NCBI GenBank assembly: GCA_963730605.1
Contig: CAVSSM010000007.1
Span: 32,001-96,000 of the forward strand
Source of the DNA: an uncultured Chlamydiae bacterium
Lineage (GTDB): Bacteria; Chlamydiota; Chlamydiia; Chlamydiales; SM23-39
Length of the DNA stretch: 64,000 bases
Reading direction: 5' to 3'
In this document: one piece after another, positions 1 to 10,843 of the stretch
Numbering within the stretch: position 1 is the stretch's first letter
How the letters are laid out: each line of letters opens with the position of its first letter
The notes under the pieces: model-generated
What the model was told of the DNA's origin: nothing
Seen by the model: the letters and a program-made list of their open reading frames with translations, nothing else
Databases searched by the model: none
Made by a program: the position numbers and the translations under genes

Positions 1-279
1 ATCTTAGGTGCTTTTTCGTTTTTAAGACTTGAATTTTCCCCATTTTTTTCCCACCTGCTCACAACAGTACACAACAACCAAAACATCGGTAAGAGTCGTG
101 TTGAAAACGAGCATTCAAATCAGCTTTTTCATAAGGAAATGTGAAAAAATTGGGGAAAACACATGTTCTCATTCCAAAATTCATTGGGAAAAACTGGTTG
201 AAGAACATGAGATATGCAATCTCCTGTTGCTTAGTTTTCGGCTCTTACGGTACACTTTTTCAACTACTTAGGGGAGCAT

Positions 280-1341
280 ATGGCATCGATCAAACAACGC
301 AAAACGAAAGACGGTAAAACTCGCTACTACGTACAGGTGAGACTGAAAGGGCAAGATCATCAGTGCGCCAGCTTTGAAAGAATCACGGATGCAAAAAAAT
401 GGATTCAAAATATGGAGTCAGACATTCGATCTGGGCGCCATTTCAAAACGGCAGAGTCCAAGAAGCATTCTCTTGGCGAGATGATCGACAGGTACATGGA
501 AAACGTTCTTCCCCTAAAGGAAAAGTGCCTCAAGCGGCAGGGGGCGCAACTCCTCTGGTGGAAAGAGCAACTGGGGAATAAATTGCTTGCGGATATCACT
601 CCTGGGTTGATTGGTGAGTTCAGGGACAAGCTTCTGAAAGAAACTACCGTACGAAAGAAGCTCCGAGCCCCTGCCACAGTCGTTAGATATTTAGCGGCTC
701 TGAGCCACGCTTTTTCTATTTGCGTGGATGAATGGGGCTGGTTGGATGATTCTCCGATGAGAAAAGTGACAAAGCCTAAAGAGCCTCGGGGGCGTGTTCG
801 TTACCTTTCGACAGAGGAAAGAATGAGTTTGCTCAATGCTTGTAAAGAGAGTTCGAATAAATATCTTTACCCCATTGTGGTCATCGCATTGTCAACAGGG
901 ATGAGATTGTCCGAGATCATGGGCCTATGCTGGTCCGATATCGACTTCGAAAAGGGAAGAATTGTTCTCGAACAGCAAAAAAACGGTGATCGATCTACGA
1001 TTCCTGTTGCCGGATTGGCATTGCAGCTTCTAAAAGAATATAGCCAACGTCGATCAATCGCCAGTTGGCTACTCTTCCCTAGCAAAGAAAATCCCAATAA
1101 GCCAATCGATATACGCTTCCCCTGGGAAAAGGCTTTGAAACTCTCAGGTGTTAAAAATTTTTCATTTCACTGCCTGAGGCACTCGGCGGCTTCTTATCTC
1201 GCGATGAATGGGTGCAGTCTTATTGAAATCCAAAAAATCCTCCGACACAAGGCTATTTCTCAAACAGTCCGATATTCCCACCTGTCAGATGATCACATGG
1301 GAGAAGCTATGGCACGCATGAACGAAAAGATTTTTGGATAA
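280..1341 (+). CDS. int: Tyrosine recombinase / phage integrase
   Basis: Catalytic motifs TGMRLSE, HCLRH and LRHK...RY. Confidence 0.95.
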   Translation: MASIKQRKTKDGKTRYYVQVRLKGQDHQCASFERITDAKKWIQNMESDIRSGRHFKTAESKKHSLGEMIDRYMENVLPLKEKCLKRQGAQLLWWKEQLGNKLLADITPGLIGEFRDKLLKETTVRKKLRAPATVVRYLAALSHAFSICVDEWGWLDDSPMRKVTKPKEPRGRVRYLSTEERMSLLNACKESSNKYLYPIVVIALSTGMRLSEIMGLCWSDIDFEKGRIVLEQQKNGDRSTIPVAGLALQLLKEYSQRRSIASWLLFPSKENPNKPIDIRFPWEKALKLSGVKNFSFHCLRHSAASYLAMNGCSLIEIQKILRHKAISQTVRYSHLSDDHMGEAMARMNEKIFG

Positions 1342-2308
1342 CCGATTATGAAATCCGTGATGTCGAAGTTTTTTGTAGAGAAGCAATATGTCCATGATGG
1401 CGGGCTGTTATTGAAATTTTCTGAAGAAGAAATGAGGCAATGGGAAGAGGCGCTTTTACAAGATCGTCTAACTGTTGATGATTATAATATTCTATTACCG
1501 CTTTGGTGTTGGGAATTGGGATTCATTCCATTCATTCTAAATGGCTTAAAAGTATTTAAGATTTCTCTTGGAGACTGCGAGGGGGATGAACCAAATCTTC
1601 CCCCTTCCTCCAATCGCGTTATTCCCGTTTTTCTGAAAGCATGGGAGGCTATCCAACAAGGAAATTTGTTGGTCGAAAAAAGTAATAGATCAGTTCAGAT
1701 ATCCATTTCTGAGGCAATTCATCGACCTCGAAGTGTTGTCTCTAATAAATTAATAAATGAATTTTGTAATAATGCAGGCGATTTTTGCACGGAAATTAAA
1801 TCTTCAAAAGTAATTGAGTGGGCTATTTTAAATAATATTCAGATGGATAAGACGTTGTTGACCTTGCTGTCCCTATACCAGGACCCTCCTATAGAGGAAT
1901 TGTGTGAGGAGACTATAGGCAATCGCACCTATCGGAAAAAAATAATTAAAGAGTCGAAAGTAACAAATCCAGAAAAATATGAAGTAGAATATCTAGCTGC
2001 GGCTCAAATGCTTTGGTCTCAATACAAAAGAAGGAATAAATCACAAATTGCCAGCAACCTGTTAATGCGAGAATTTGGCCCTCCAGGCGGATATAGCAAA
2101 GAGGGTGGCAATATCCTAAAGAAACTGAGTATCATTGATCCTTTTGAGCAAAAAAAAGGGCGAGGACGACGACCAAAACCAGAAGAGAAAGAATTCGCTC
2201 TGCTTCCAATCCCAGGAATTGTCATTCAGGAAGATGGCAATAGGAAAATTGATTTAAAAAGATCAAAAGTTGCATTTTTTGCATTTATTCAGATGCTTAA
2301 AAAAATTA

Positions 2309-3425
2309 TACCGCTCGTGATTCAAAATTTTGATGCGTGAAAATTTCCCTTGACTGCACAATGGCTGCGTGAATTTTTTAACCGACTCAGAACGACAGGA
2401 ACTCAAACTCCGGCACCGGGGGGACCGCGATGGGCGGGTGCGTGATCGAATAAAGGCTGTTCTCCTCTATGATGAGGGGTGGGCTCCCAAAGACATTGCC
2501 AGGGTTCTGTTGATTTCTGACGAAGCAGTTCGTCACCATGTTGACGCATACAAAACGTCGAAAAAATTGCGCCCCGAAAGCGGCGGCTCCGAGGAGAAAC
2601 TATCCCAAACGCAGTCCGAGCAACTTGAGGCTCATCTTCAAGAACACACGTACCTTTACGTCAAGGATATCGTCGCATATGTAGAAGTGACTTTCGGTAT
2701 TGTCTATACCGTCCACGGATTGAGGGATTGGCTGCGAAGACACGGATTTTCCTACAAAAAACCCGCCGTTGTACCCGGGAAAGCCAACAAAGAGCAGCAA
2801 CAAAAGTGGCTCGCCGGATACGAGAAACTCAAGGCAGAACTCCTCGAGGATGAGACTATCTGCTTTATTGACGGCGTTCATCCAACGCACAATGTGCAGC
2901 CTGCTTATGGGTGGATCAAAAAAGGCGTGCGTAAAGAGATCCCAGCAAACACAGGACGTGCCAGGCTCAATCTTTCAGGGAGCATCGATGTCATCACCCA
3001 CAGTGTGGTAATCCAAGAAGACGAGACTTTAAACGCAGAATCGATAATCCGGTTTTTCCAAAAGATCGAAGAATTTTACCCGAGTAAACGAAAGATCCAT
3101 GTATTTTGCGATAATGCACCGTACTATCGGAATAGGGCTGTGAGGCAGTACCTAGAAACGGCAAAAGTTTGTTTGCACTTTTTACCGCCCTATAGCCCCA
3201 ATCTAAACCCGATAGAACGACTGTGGAAATGGATGAAGGAGCGGGTAGTTTACAATACTTATTACGAGTACTTTGAAGACTTTAGAGGAGCGATTCTTGG
3301 TTTTTTCGCTGTATTGGCGACTGTGACCGCGGAGTCAACTTTAGGCCGGGATTTAAGAAGCCGGGTTAGGGATAAATTTAGTCCCTTTCAGGCACCTGCT
3401 GCCAAGTTTTGAATTTCCTTGGGTA
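2309..3425 (+). mobile_element. IS630-family insertion sequence
   Basis: Imperfect TIRs TACC...ATTCAAAA, TA duplication at 2307-2308 and 3426-3427. Confidence 0.92.
2369..3412 (+). CDS. IS630-family transposase
   Basis: HTH N-terminus; DDE motifs FIDG, DNAPY and LPPYSPNLNPIERLW. Confidence 0.95.
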   Translation: MNFLTDSERQELKLRHRGDRDGRVRDRIKAVLLYDEGWAPKDIARVLLISDEAVRHHVDAYKTSKKLRPESGGSEEKLSQTQSEQLEAHLQEHTYLYVKDIVAYVEVTFGIVYTVHGLRDWLRRHGFSYKKPAVVPGKANKEQQQKWLAGYEKLKAELLEDETICFIDGVHPTHNVQPAYGWIKKGVRKEIPANTGRARLNLSGSIDVITHSVVIQEDETLNAESIIRFFQKIEEFYPSKRKIHVFCDNAPYYRNRAVRQYLETAKVCLHFLPPYSPNLNPIERLWKWMKERVVYNTYYEYFEDFRGAILGFFAVLATVTAESTLGRDLRSRVRDKFSPFQAPAAKF

Positions 3426-3755
3426 TAAGACGGAAATTCAAGCCGATGAAGTGTGGGATCACCAAGTCATTAAATTTTACTTCTCCGATCTTCACCCTCT
3501 CGTCCAAGACATATTCAAAGAGTGGTTGAACGATTTAGTCGTTTTGAAAGAGCCATTCAAATCTAAGCGAACTATCGTGGAAACAAATCGAAGCTAACAG
3601 GGCTTGTTTTGGCTGGATTCCGGGGCCTTTGTTAATTCCTATTTTCAGATTTTACCGTTCTAAAATCAGGAATTTTTGCGATATCACCAGTGCCTTACAC
3701 TGGTGTTGTTGAGTAATGCACAATATTCCAAAAATTTTTAGGAGGGACATGGCTA

Positions 3756-4016
3756 ATGCAAGAGATGAATGATCAACAAAAAGCACTATCCTATAGAGAA
3801 CCGGCGAAATACCTGACTTGTGCTCAGTGGATTGCAAAGTATGGGTTTCCAACGATAGGCGGATTGAGATGGTGGATTTTTAAGGCTAAGAATGACCCTG
3901 CTTTGAGAAAGATTTTCATTCGAGTTCGAAGGCGCGTGTTACTGAAGGAAGATGAAGTTCTTCGATATCTGGAAGAGATGAATGAGAAGGATTTGGCCGG
4001 AGGGAGGAAAAAATGA
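3756..4016 (+). CDS. Small DNA-binding protein (excisionase/AlpA-like)
   Basis: 86 aa, basic, winged-HTH-like pattern, directly upstream of the primase-helicase. Confidence 0.55.
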   Translation: MQEMNDQQKALSYREPAKYLTCAQWIAKYGFPTIGGLRWWIFKAKNDPALRKIFIRVRRRVLLKEDEVLRYLEEMNEKDLAGGRKK

Positions 4017-6106
4017 CAGCCTCCCCAAAAATCAAACCCACTCCTGACAGAGTGGGTTTAGACAAAACTAGCGAAGTTTTTCCAGCTCATCATGTCGCAT
4101 CACCCATTTGTTTGTCATCATTTTTAGATTCAACTCATTGTAATGAGACAATCAGAATTGAAGGACAGGTAGAAGACACAAATCGCATTGAATCTCTCAT
4201 TACCGATTCCAAAGGATCTGAATGGGTTTCAGAAGCCCCTCCAATAGGTGAGTCGAGACGCAAAATCGAGTTCTTGATTATTCCGAACACTCTGACCGCA
4301 AAGAATCAGTTAGAGGCTCTCGTTAAGACCGAGAAAGAGCGCCTTTCCCTCATTTGGCGAGGAGCAAATAAATTACCAAACGGTAAGTGGCCGAAATCCG
4401 ATACCCCGTATTACAGCGTTTCAAAGGAAAAAAGGGACGATTTATTGCGCACTTTCAAGAAGTTCGAAATTCCACAGGAAGAGATCGAAATCCGTGAAAT
4501 TCCTGTCCCTCCTCCCATCCCAAAACATCTGAAGAAAGCGCAGAAGATACAGGCTCTTGGCGACCAATATCACGAGGCGCTCAAGGTGATTGAAACGAAG
4601 GAGGCGGAGGAGCTGGCAGACACCAAACAGCGGTTCGTCGAAGAAGACATTTCCGCCACTGATTATGCGAGCCGGACAAAAGAAATTCGGGACAGGTACG
4701 CGAAGGAAAAAGAATTTCTCTCTTGCAACGCGAACCGAAACTACCGGGCCGCCGACGTTATTCATGATGATGGGGAAGGGACAAGCAGCGGCGACCAGAC
4801 GGAAGAAGAAGTTGTTAGAGAGTTCAACTCACGATTCTCTATCTTAGAAAACCCTTTCTGCATTCTTGAGTATCACGAGGATACTTTTTCACTCCAAAAA
4901 AAACGGGACTTTAGAGACCGTTACCAGAACCAAAAAATTCAAATCGAGGAAAAAAAATCGAAATGCAAGGCAGATGTTTGGCTTGATTCACTGATCAGGA
5001 ATACGTTTTTTAAAATGGAGTTTCGTCCCGACAAACTTCCAAGAGAATATTATGAGGGAGAGAGAAAATATCTCAACCTCTGGAATGGATTCGGCATAAC
5101 ACCAAAACAGGGGTGCTGCGAGAAAATCAAACGGCACATGCTCGAGGTTATCTGTGGCGGCGTCAAGCGCGATTTCGACTACCTCTGGAAACTGGAAAGC
5201 ACATGGGTTCAGCACCCAGAGAGAAGAACTACCGTTCCGGTTCTGACATCTCCCCATGGCGCAGGAAAAGGGCGGCACGTAGACATGTTCGCGAAAATTT
5301 TCGGAAATGCCTTTTATGAGACAAGCTGTCCTGACCATGTGTTTGGCAACTTTAACGCGGCGGTCGCAAACAAGGTTCTAGTTCACCTGGACGACGCTCT
5401 CTTCGGCGGGGACAAACGGCTCATGGGACGCCTCAAGACCTTTTCCACAGCGGATCAAATCACCATTGAATACAAGGGGAGAGATCCGATTTTAGTACGG
5501 AACCCACGAAAGCTGATAATCTCTTCAAACGAAACCTTCGCAATTCCTATAGAGCCAACAGAAAGAAGATATCTTTTTCTGACAGTAGCCTCACATCGCG
5601 TCGGAGACAAGACGTATTTCGTTGAACTCACACACGAGATTGAAAACGGCGGAGTGGAAGGTTTTCTTTACGAGTTGCTTCAGACAGACTTGACCGAGTT
5701 TAATCCGAGATTTTTGCCGGAAGGCTCCCAAGGCGGTTTTGAGAACAAAATCGAATCCTCAAGCACATTCACGCAATATGTATTCCAGGCACTAAAAGCC
5801 GGAACGTTCTTTTTGCAAGACACCGCCGGACAATGGAAATCTGAGATTCGCACAGATTTGCTTTACGAAAGTGGATACCTTGAGTTTTGCAACCGCCGGA
5901 AAATCCACAGACCTGTTACGGACGAAATGGGAGGGAAAGAGCTCGGATCAATCCTCAAAGGATCAGAATTTAAGCGCGTGCGCCGTCGCGCTGAGGGAAC
6001 TCGATTCTATTCGTACGAGTTCCCGAACCTCGCGTCTTGCCAATCCGCCTTCGCCAAGCACTTCAACACGCATAAAGACATAATTTTCCCAGACGATGAA
6101 GACTAA
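4013..6106 (+). CDS. Primase-associated SF3-type helicase (DUF5906/D5-like replication protein)
   Basis: Walker A SPHGAGKG, FGNFN, Walker B VHLDD, IEYKG, ISSN and ERRY motifs; YLNLWNGF. Confidence 0.8.
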   Translation: MTASPKIKPTPDRVGLDKTSEVFPAHHVASPICLSSFLDSTHCNETIRIEGQVEDTNRIESLITDSKGSEWVSEAPPIGESRRKIEFLIIPNTLTAKNQLEALVKTEKERLSLIWRGANKLPNGKWPKSDTPYYSVSKEKRDDLLRTFKKFEIPQEEIEIREIPVPPPIPKHLKKAQKIQALGDQYHEALKVIETKEAEELADTKQRFVEEDISATDYASRTKEIRDRYAKEKEFLSCNANRNYRAADVIHDDGEGTSSGDQTEEEVVREFNSRFSILENPFCILEYHEDTFSLQKKRDFRDRYQNQKIQIEEKKSKCKADVWLDSLIRNTFFKMEFRPDKLPREYYEGERKYLNLWNGFGITPKQGCCEKIKRHMLEVICGGVKRDFDYLWKLESTWVQHPERRTTVPVLTSPHGAGKGRHVDMFAKIFGNAFYETSCPDHVFGNFNAAVANKVLVHLDDALFGGDKRLMGRLKTFSTADQITIEYKGRDPILVRNPRKLIISSNETFAIPIEPTERRYLFLTVASHRVGDKTYFVELTHEIENGGVEGFLYELLQTDLTEFNPRFLPEGSQGGFENKIESSSTFTQYVFQALKAGTFFLQDTAGQWKSEIRTDLLYESGYLEFCNRRKIHRPVTDEMGGKELGSILKGSEFKRVRRRAEGTRFYSYEFPNLASCQSAFAKHFNTHKDIIFPDDED

Positions 6107-6119
6107 CCACGATCAGGCT

Positions 6120-6403
6120 GTCCCTAGCTACCTAGGGACAGCAGTTTTTGCTAGGGACACTCAAGTTACTAAGCCTATAAGTCTAGCCCTAGTGTCCCTA
6201 GTGTCCCAAGCTAAAACACACGTTCTTGCGTGCATGAAAGATGTGGTGGTGATGGAGTGGGCAAAAAACACAAAGTTTCTATTGCCTCGCCTAAAAGAAT
6301 ATTCATTTTTCCTAGGGACGGGGGGGACACTAGGGACAGAAATTGATAATCAATTGGTTATGAAACAATTTGCTAGGGACAGAGCTAGGGACATGCTAGG
6401 GAC
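6120..6403. repeat. Iteron cluster, putative replication origin
   Basis: CTAGGGAC forward at 6132, 6151, 6312, 6330, 6373, 6385 and 6396, reverse at 6120 and 6194; AT-rich palindrome AATTGATAATCAATT at 6341-6355. Confidence 0.8.
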
Positions 6404-6433
6404 AGCATTGAAATTTGCTCAAGCGAGGCTATC

Positions 6434-8050
6434 ATGATCCACCTCCGCCTCCGCGATTATCAATTCCAATGCCTCGAGGCGATCGCCTCCAATCGCGCCG
6501 CCGGGATCATGCGCCAAATCATCAACTTGCCAACAGCCGCAGGCAAGACAGTGATTTTCGCCTCGCTCATCGCCCAGGCCATCCAGCAAGATCCAACAAT
6601 CCGAGTCCTGATCCTGGCATTTTCGTGCGACCTTCTTAGCCAGGCCCGTGATAAGATCCACATGATTAACTCAAGCCTCGATGTTGGGTTCGTCGACGCC
6701 AGCCATAAGGAATTCGACAGGCAAATCGTGGTCTCCTCCATCCAAAGCGCCCGAATCCCCGGAAACTTGGAGCGATTGCAATCCCAAGGGTTCACGATCT
6801 GCATTGCGGACGAATGCCATCACTTCGCCAGCGATAGCGCACGCCTCGTACTCCGCGAGCTCGGATTCGACGCCGAATGCACTGCACAAGGCCGCTTGTT
6901 AGTCGGATTCTCGGCCACGGCCGCCAGAAACGACGATCGGGGACTCGGAGAGGTGTTCGAGCGTATCGTTTACAGCAAATCAATCAGCGAATTGATTGAC
7001 GGCGGGTATCTTGTGCGGCCGTCCGGCGTCAAGGCAATGACCGATTTGGATCTTGGAAAGGTCCTGTTGGATCAAAGCGGGGACTACTCCGCTGCCAGCC
7101 TGTCTGACGTCATGGACACACCAGAGATGCTAGACCTCGTTGTTCGCTCATTTGAAGAAAAAGGAATGGGCAGGAAGCGGACGATAGCCTTCTGTACTTC
7201 GATTGCCCATTCCGAGCATTTAGCGGCCTGTTTTAGGCGCTCTGGCGTCAACGCCTGCGCGATTCATAGCAACCTGCCAAACAACGAAAGAAAAGCCATC
7301 CTAAAGCGTTTTAGAGACGGCGAGCTGGAAGTTCTGACGAATCCGCTTTTGCTTACGGAAGGGTTCGATTGCCCTGAGATCGACTGCGTCATCGTATCGA
7401 GGCCGACGAAGTCGGTTGGACTGTATACGCAGATGGTTGGGCGTGGGCTTCGTTTGTTCCCCGGCAAGGACGACTGCCTCATCATTGATTTTTGCGATAA
7501 GGCGCACAGTCTTTGCAGCGTGGCAATCCTGACCGGAGACGTTGACCAAGAAAAAATTGAAATCGTCCGGGAAAAACAAATTGAGGAAACTATTGGCAAA
7601 TTGCCTCCTACCCTCAATCAAAAGCTAAAATCCGCTCTTATGGAATTCGACCCAATCGGGAAATCGTTCACCTGGGCGAAAGAATTCGACGGAAGCTATT
7701 CCATGAAAGGCGCCGGGGAAATTTTCCTTAAAATAATTCCTGCTGAGAATTCGAAATACACAGTCATCGTAGAAGGAATTTCCGGTTCGCAAACCCTCTC
7801 GGATGGACTCGATTTTGAATGGGCGTTCAGCACAGCCGAGGATTTTGCCAGGGAAAATAAATCGCGGTTCACGATCTCCGACTTAAACGCGTCTTGGAGA
7901 GATTTGCCGATCAGCGAAAAACAAATGGCCGTGTTCCGATCTTCCGGATTTCGATCTGGGATCGGTGACTTAACGAGGGGCCAGGCATCGCTGATTATCG
8001 GAAGTGGAGTGTTAAAAAAAAGAACTGGAAAGAATCGGAAAAATTGGTAA
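6434..8050 (+). CDS. DEAD/DEAH-box SF2 helicase (ResIII/IRC3-like)
   Basis: LRDYQ, PTAAGKT, DECHH, SAT, TEGFD and QMVGRGLR motifs. Confidence 0.92.
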   Translation: MIHLRLRDYQFQCLEAIASNRAAGIMRQIINLPTAAGKTVIFASLIAQAIQQDPTIRVLILAFSCDLLSQARDKIHMINSSLDVGFVDASHKEFDRQIVVSSIQSARIPGNLERLQSQGFTICIADECHHFASDSARLVLRELGFDAECTAQGRLLVGFSATAARNDDRGLGEVFERIVYSKSISELIDGGYLVRPSGVKAMTDLDLGKVLLDQSGDYSAASLSDVMDTPEMLDLVVRSFEEKGMGRKRTIAFCTSIAHSEHLAACFRRSGVNACAIHSNLPNNERKAILKRFRDGELEVLTNPLLLTEGFDCPEIDCVIVSRPTKSVGLYTQMVGRGLRLFPGKDDCLIIDFCDKAHSLCSVAILTGDVDQEKIEIVREKQIEETIGKLPPTLNQKLKSALMEFDPIGKSFTWAKEFDGSYSMKGAGEIFLKIIPAENSKYTVIVEGISGSQTLSDGLDFEWAFSTAEDFARENKSRFTISDLNASWRDLPISEKQMAVFRSSGFRSGIGDLTRGQASLIIGSGVLKKRTGKNRKNW

Positions 8051-8058
8051 TCGGTTTT

Positions 8059-8087
8059 TTGCTAAACAAACATTTTTTATTTATACT
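8059..8087 (+). promoter_or_regulatory. Sigma70-like promoter for the terminase module
   Basis: TTGCTA-17-TATACT. Confidence 0.5.
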
Positions 8088-8112
8088 TACGATTGATTAA
8101 TGTGAGTTCAAT

Positions 8113-8262
8113 ATGCCACAAGAATTAGAAGAACAAAAAATCCATAGCCAGCAACCGGATTTTCTCAAAAACCTCGCGCCAGAAGAATGGCGCAGCATTC
8201 TCAATACAATCGACAATACAAGCGAACTTGCGGGAGAACTCTATGCCAGCACGTCGAACTAA
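8113..8262 (+). CDS. 49-aa hypothetical peptide (MPQELEEQKIH...) overlapping the terS start
   Basis: Open frame after the promoter; below the ORF-track length cutoff. Confidence 0.4.
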   Translation: MPQELEEQKIHSQQPDFLKNLAPEEWRSILNTIDNTSELAGELYASTSN

Positions 8263-8668
8263 ACGCCAACCGCATGAAGATCCTGGCGGCCGACCTCAAG
8301 TTTATACCGACACCTGGATCGAAGAAGAGGCGGATCGCCTCCTTGCCTGGATGGAATTGCCTGAGTCTATATTTCTTAAGTCATTCGCAGTGGAGAGAAA
8401 ATATCATCCGAATCGCCTGCAAGAATTCGCTGACAAAAACCAGAAGTTTTCGGGAGTTTTAGAATTAGCTAAGTCTTGGCAAGAATCAAGACTTATTACC
8501 TATTCCCTTTTTAATAAGATCAATTGCGGGATGACTAAGTTTGTTTTGGCGAATCATCACGGTTATTGTGAAAAGACCCAAGTTTCAGGAGACGTGTCCA
8601 ATCCGCTCGCTTTGGCCATGACCAGGGCCGACGGCTCCTCTAAGGCTCTCGTCAATGATGGCAAATGA
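8243..8668 (+). CDS. terS: Terminase small subunit (P22 gp3-like)
   Basis: GGRP..YT motif, KFVLANHHGY.EK, directly upstream of and overlapping terL. Confidence 0.75.
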   Translation: MPARRTKRQPHEDPGGRPQVYTDTWIEEEADRLLAWMELPESIFLKSFAVERKYHPNRLQEFADKNQKFSGVLELAKSWQESRLITYSLFNKINCGMTKFVLANHHGYCEKTQVSGDVSNPLALAMTRADGSSKALVNDGK

Positions 8669-10208
8669 ACTCGACCACATTATCCTCGATCCGCTTCTGC
8701 GTCTAAACCGTCTTTACTCCATCATTGATAAAGGCGGCCAAAAACAGATATTTCGCCTCAATTGGGCGCAGCGCCAGCTTTACGACTCTATGCACTTTTG
8801 CAATATCATCTTGAAGGCGAGACAGCTGGGCATAAGCACCTTTATCTGCCTCCTCTTCCTCGACAGATGCCTCTTTAATTCGAATTTAGCGGCCGGGATC
8901 ATTTGCCACACACGAGAGGACGCGGAACACATGTTTAAGCGCGTGAAATTCGCCTACGACGCCCTGCCCCAAGCGATTCGCTCCCTTCGCACCGCCACCG
9001 TCGATAGCGCCCGCGAGCTGGTCTTCAGCAACGGGAGCAGTCTCCGCGTCGGCACATCGATGCGCGGATCTACTCTCAACTACCTCCACGTGAGCGAATT
9101 TGGAAAGATCTGTTCGCATTACCCTGAGAAGGCGCGAGAGATCATCACGGGATCGCTCAACACCCTATCCCCAGGGCAATATTGCTTTATCGAAAGCACG
9201 GCCGAGGGCCGGGACGGCCACTTCTTCGAGATGAGCCGCAAGGCCCAGGCCATGCGGGATGCAAAGGAACCTCTCTCCAAGCTCGACTTCCGCTTCCATT
9301 TCTTCCCTTGGTGGCGCTGCCCGGATTATGCCCTCGACCGCCTAATCCCTGTCCCTCCCGAGCTGGCAAAGTATTTCGAGTCTCTTGCCGAGATCGGCAT
9401 CGCGCTGACGCCCCAGCAAAAATCCTGGTACGCAGCCAAGCAATCCGTTCAGCAAGACGATATGCGCAGAGAATTCCCCTCCACGCCAGCCGAGAGCTTC
9501 GAGACGTCCGCACAAGGCGCATACTATGCCCAGCAGCTTGCCACAGCACGGCATCAGGGGCGTATCAGCAACGTGCCCTATGACGAAGATGTTCCGGTTC
9601 ATACGGCATGGGATTTGGGTTATGGCGATTCAACGAGCATCTGGTGGTTTCAAATCGTCGGCAAGGAAATTCACATCCTCGAATATCATGAGGAGAGCCA
9701 GAAGGCATTGACGTATTATCTCAAGCTCGTGAAAAGCAAAGACTATAGCTATGGCAAACATCTGGCTCCCTTCGATATCAGTGTTCATGAGTATTCCAGT
9801 GGGCATTCCAGGCAGGAGCTAGCAGCCAGGCACGGCGTTAACTTTATCCGCGTCCCCGATGTTGGCATCGATGAAGGCATCGACGCCGCGCGGCTCCTGT
9901 TCCCTCGCCTTTGGTTCGATGAAAGGCGGTGCGAGCTGGGCTTAAAAAGCCTCGACAGCTACCGCCGTCAATGGAACGAAAAGCAAGGCTGCTGGGGAGC
10001 AAAGCCCCTCCACAATTTCGCCAGTCATGGCGCCGACGCCTTCCGAATGCTGGCCGTCGGTCTCAATCTGATCGTCGGAGATGGAGAAATGAACGAGGCG
10101 AAGGCTGCTGCGCTTGAGCGAAAGGCAATGTATGGCAAAGAGGGGTTCAATATTGATCTAGAAGAATCCCATCCTCTTTACGCTGGTTACGCCAGACTGA
10201 ATTACTGA
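8655..10208 (+). CDS. terL: Terminase large subunit
   Basis: ILKARQLGIST Walker A, LHVSEFG Walker B, ESTAEG coupling motif, nuclease motifs AWDLG and HGADAFR. Confidence 0.93.
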   Translation: MMANELDHIILDPLLRLNRLYSIIDKGGQKQIFRLNWAQRQLYDSMHFCNIILKARQLGISTFICLLFLDRCLFNSNLAAGIICHTREDAEHMFKRVKFAYDALPQAIRSLRTATVDSARELVFSNGSSLRVGTSMRGSTLNYLHVSEFGKICSHYPEKAREIITGSLNTLSPGQYCFIESTAEGRDGHFFEMSRKAQAMRDAKEPLSKLDFRFHFFPWWRCPDYALDRLIPVPPELAKYFESLAEIGIALTPQQKSWYAAKQSVQQDDMRREFPSTPAESFETSAQGAYYAQQLATARHQGRISNVPYDEDVPVHTAWDLGYGDSTSIWWFQIVGKEIHILEYHEESQKALTYYLKLVKSKDYSYGKHLAPFDISVHEYSSGHSRQELAARHGVNFIRVPDVGIDEGIDAARLLFPRLWFDERRCELGLKSLDSYRRQWNEKQGCWGAKPLHNFASHGADAFRMLAVGLNLIVGDGEMNEAKAAALERKAMYGKEGFNIDLEESHPLYAGYARLNY

Positions 10209-10843
10209 AGTCTTAAATTTACAGCTCTATTGTCATGTACTTGGCGATCGTGCTTTTGGCGGCGGGAAAACTTGGGTAGTCTTAGTCTTGAAAACCAACT
10301 CTGGTGCAAGAAAACCAATCCGGCGATGGAAGTGATAAGTTGTCTGAGTTCCTCAAACTTCACCAGGTTGGGTTCCCTTGAGACGTACGAGCCGGTAGCC
10401 AAATCTTCCAGTAGGTCAATGGAAGCTCTGTAAGCTCGCATTTCATTATTCCTTACGGCGCGCATTCTGGCCTCATGAGCCTTAATAGCCGACTCTAACC
10501 ATTTCAGATGGTCTGCGATTCCGGGTGCCGTTCCGTGCAGCACCATTAACCCTGTTCGCAACTTTTTCACGGAGGCAAATACGTTCTTTTGGAATTCAAA
10601 CTGTTCCCCATCCGGTTTGCTTGCCTTGAAACGCCAAAAAAGGGAATTTATAGACTCCTCTGCAACATCCAATAATTCAAGCACTTTCCAAGAGTTTTCG
10701 TTAGCATTTTCTATGCGCTTCTGACGTAGAAAACGCTGCCAAAAGAAAGGCAGCCCGGTTAGCACCAGCAAAACGCCAATAATCGCGGCGATGTTGGCGC
10801 CAATAGAAAATATTTCGCTCCAAGTCATCGAGGTTTCCATCAT
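10202..10843 (-). CDS. Hypothetical protein with N-terminal membrane anchor
   Basis: 213-aa ORF with a hydrophobic N-terminus, coupled to the HTH gene. Confidence 0.6.
   Translation of the reverse strand: MMETSMTWSEIFSIGANIAAIIGVLLVLTGLPFFWQRFLRQKRIENANENSWKVLELLDVAEESINSLFWRFKASKPDGEQFEFQKNVFASVKKLRTGLMVLHGTAPGIADHLKWLESAIKAHEARMRAVRNNEMRAYRASIDLLEDLATGSYVSREPNLVKFEELRQLITSIAGLVFLHQSWFSRLRLPKFSRRQKHDRQVHDNRAVNLRLQ

Larger units (their letters stand above)
1348..3597 (+). pseudogene. Hypothetical protein (~376 aa when reconstructed) split by an IS630
   Basis: Removing 2309-3427 joins ...MLKKI to KTEIQADEVW... in frame. Confidence 0.8.

Noticed and set aside
29..271. 80-aa ORF before the integrase
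   Set aside because: It lies in the att-arm/promoter region, starts with TTG and has no protein-like features
6096..6437. 113-aa ORF
   Set aside because: It overlies the iteron cluster, and its LGT/ARD repeats are translations of the DNA repeat
6434..8050. Type III restriction subunit as a defence system
   Set aside because: No nuclease motif and no methyltransferase partner; the context fits a phage replication helicase
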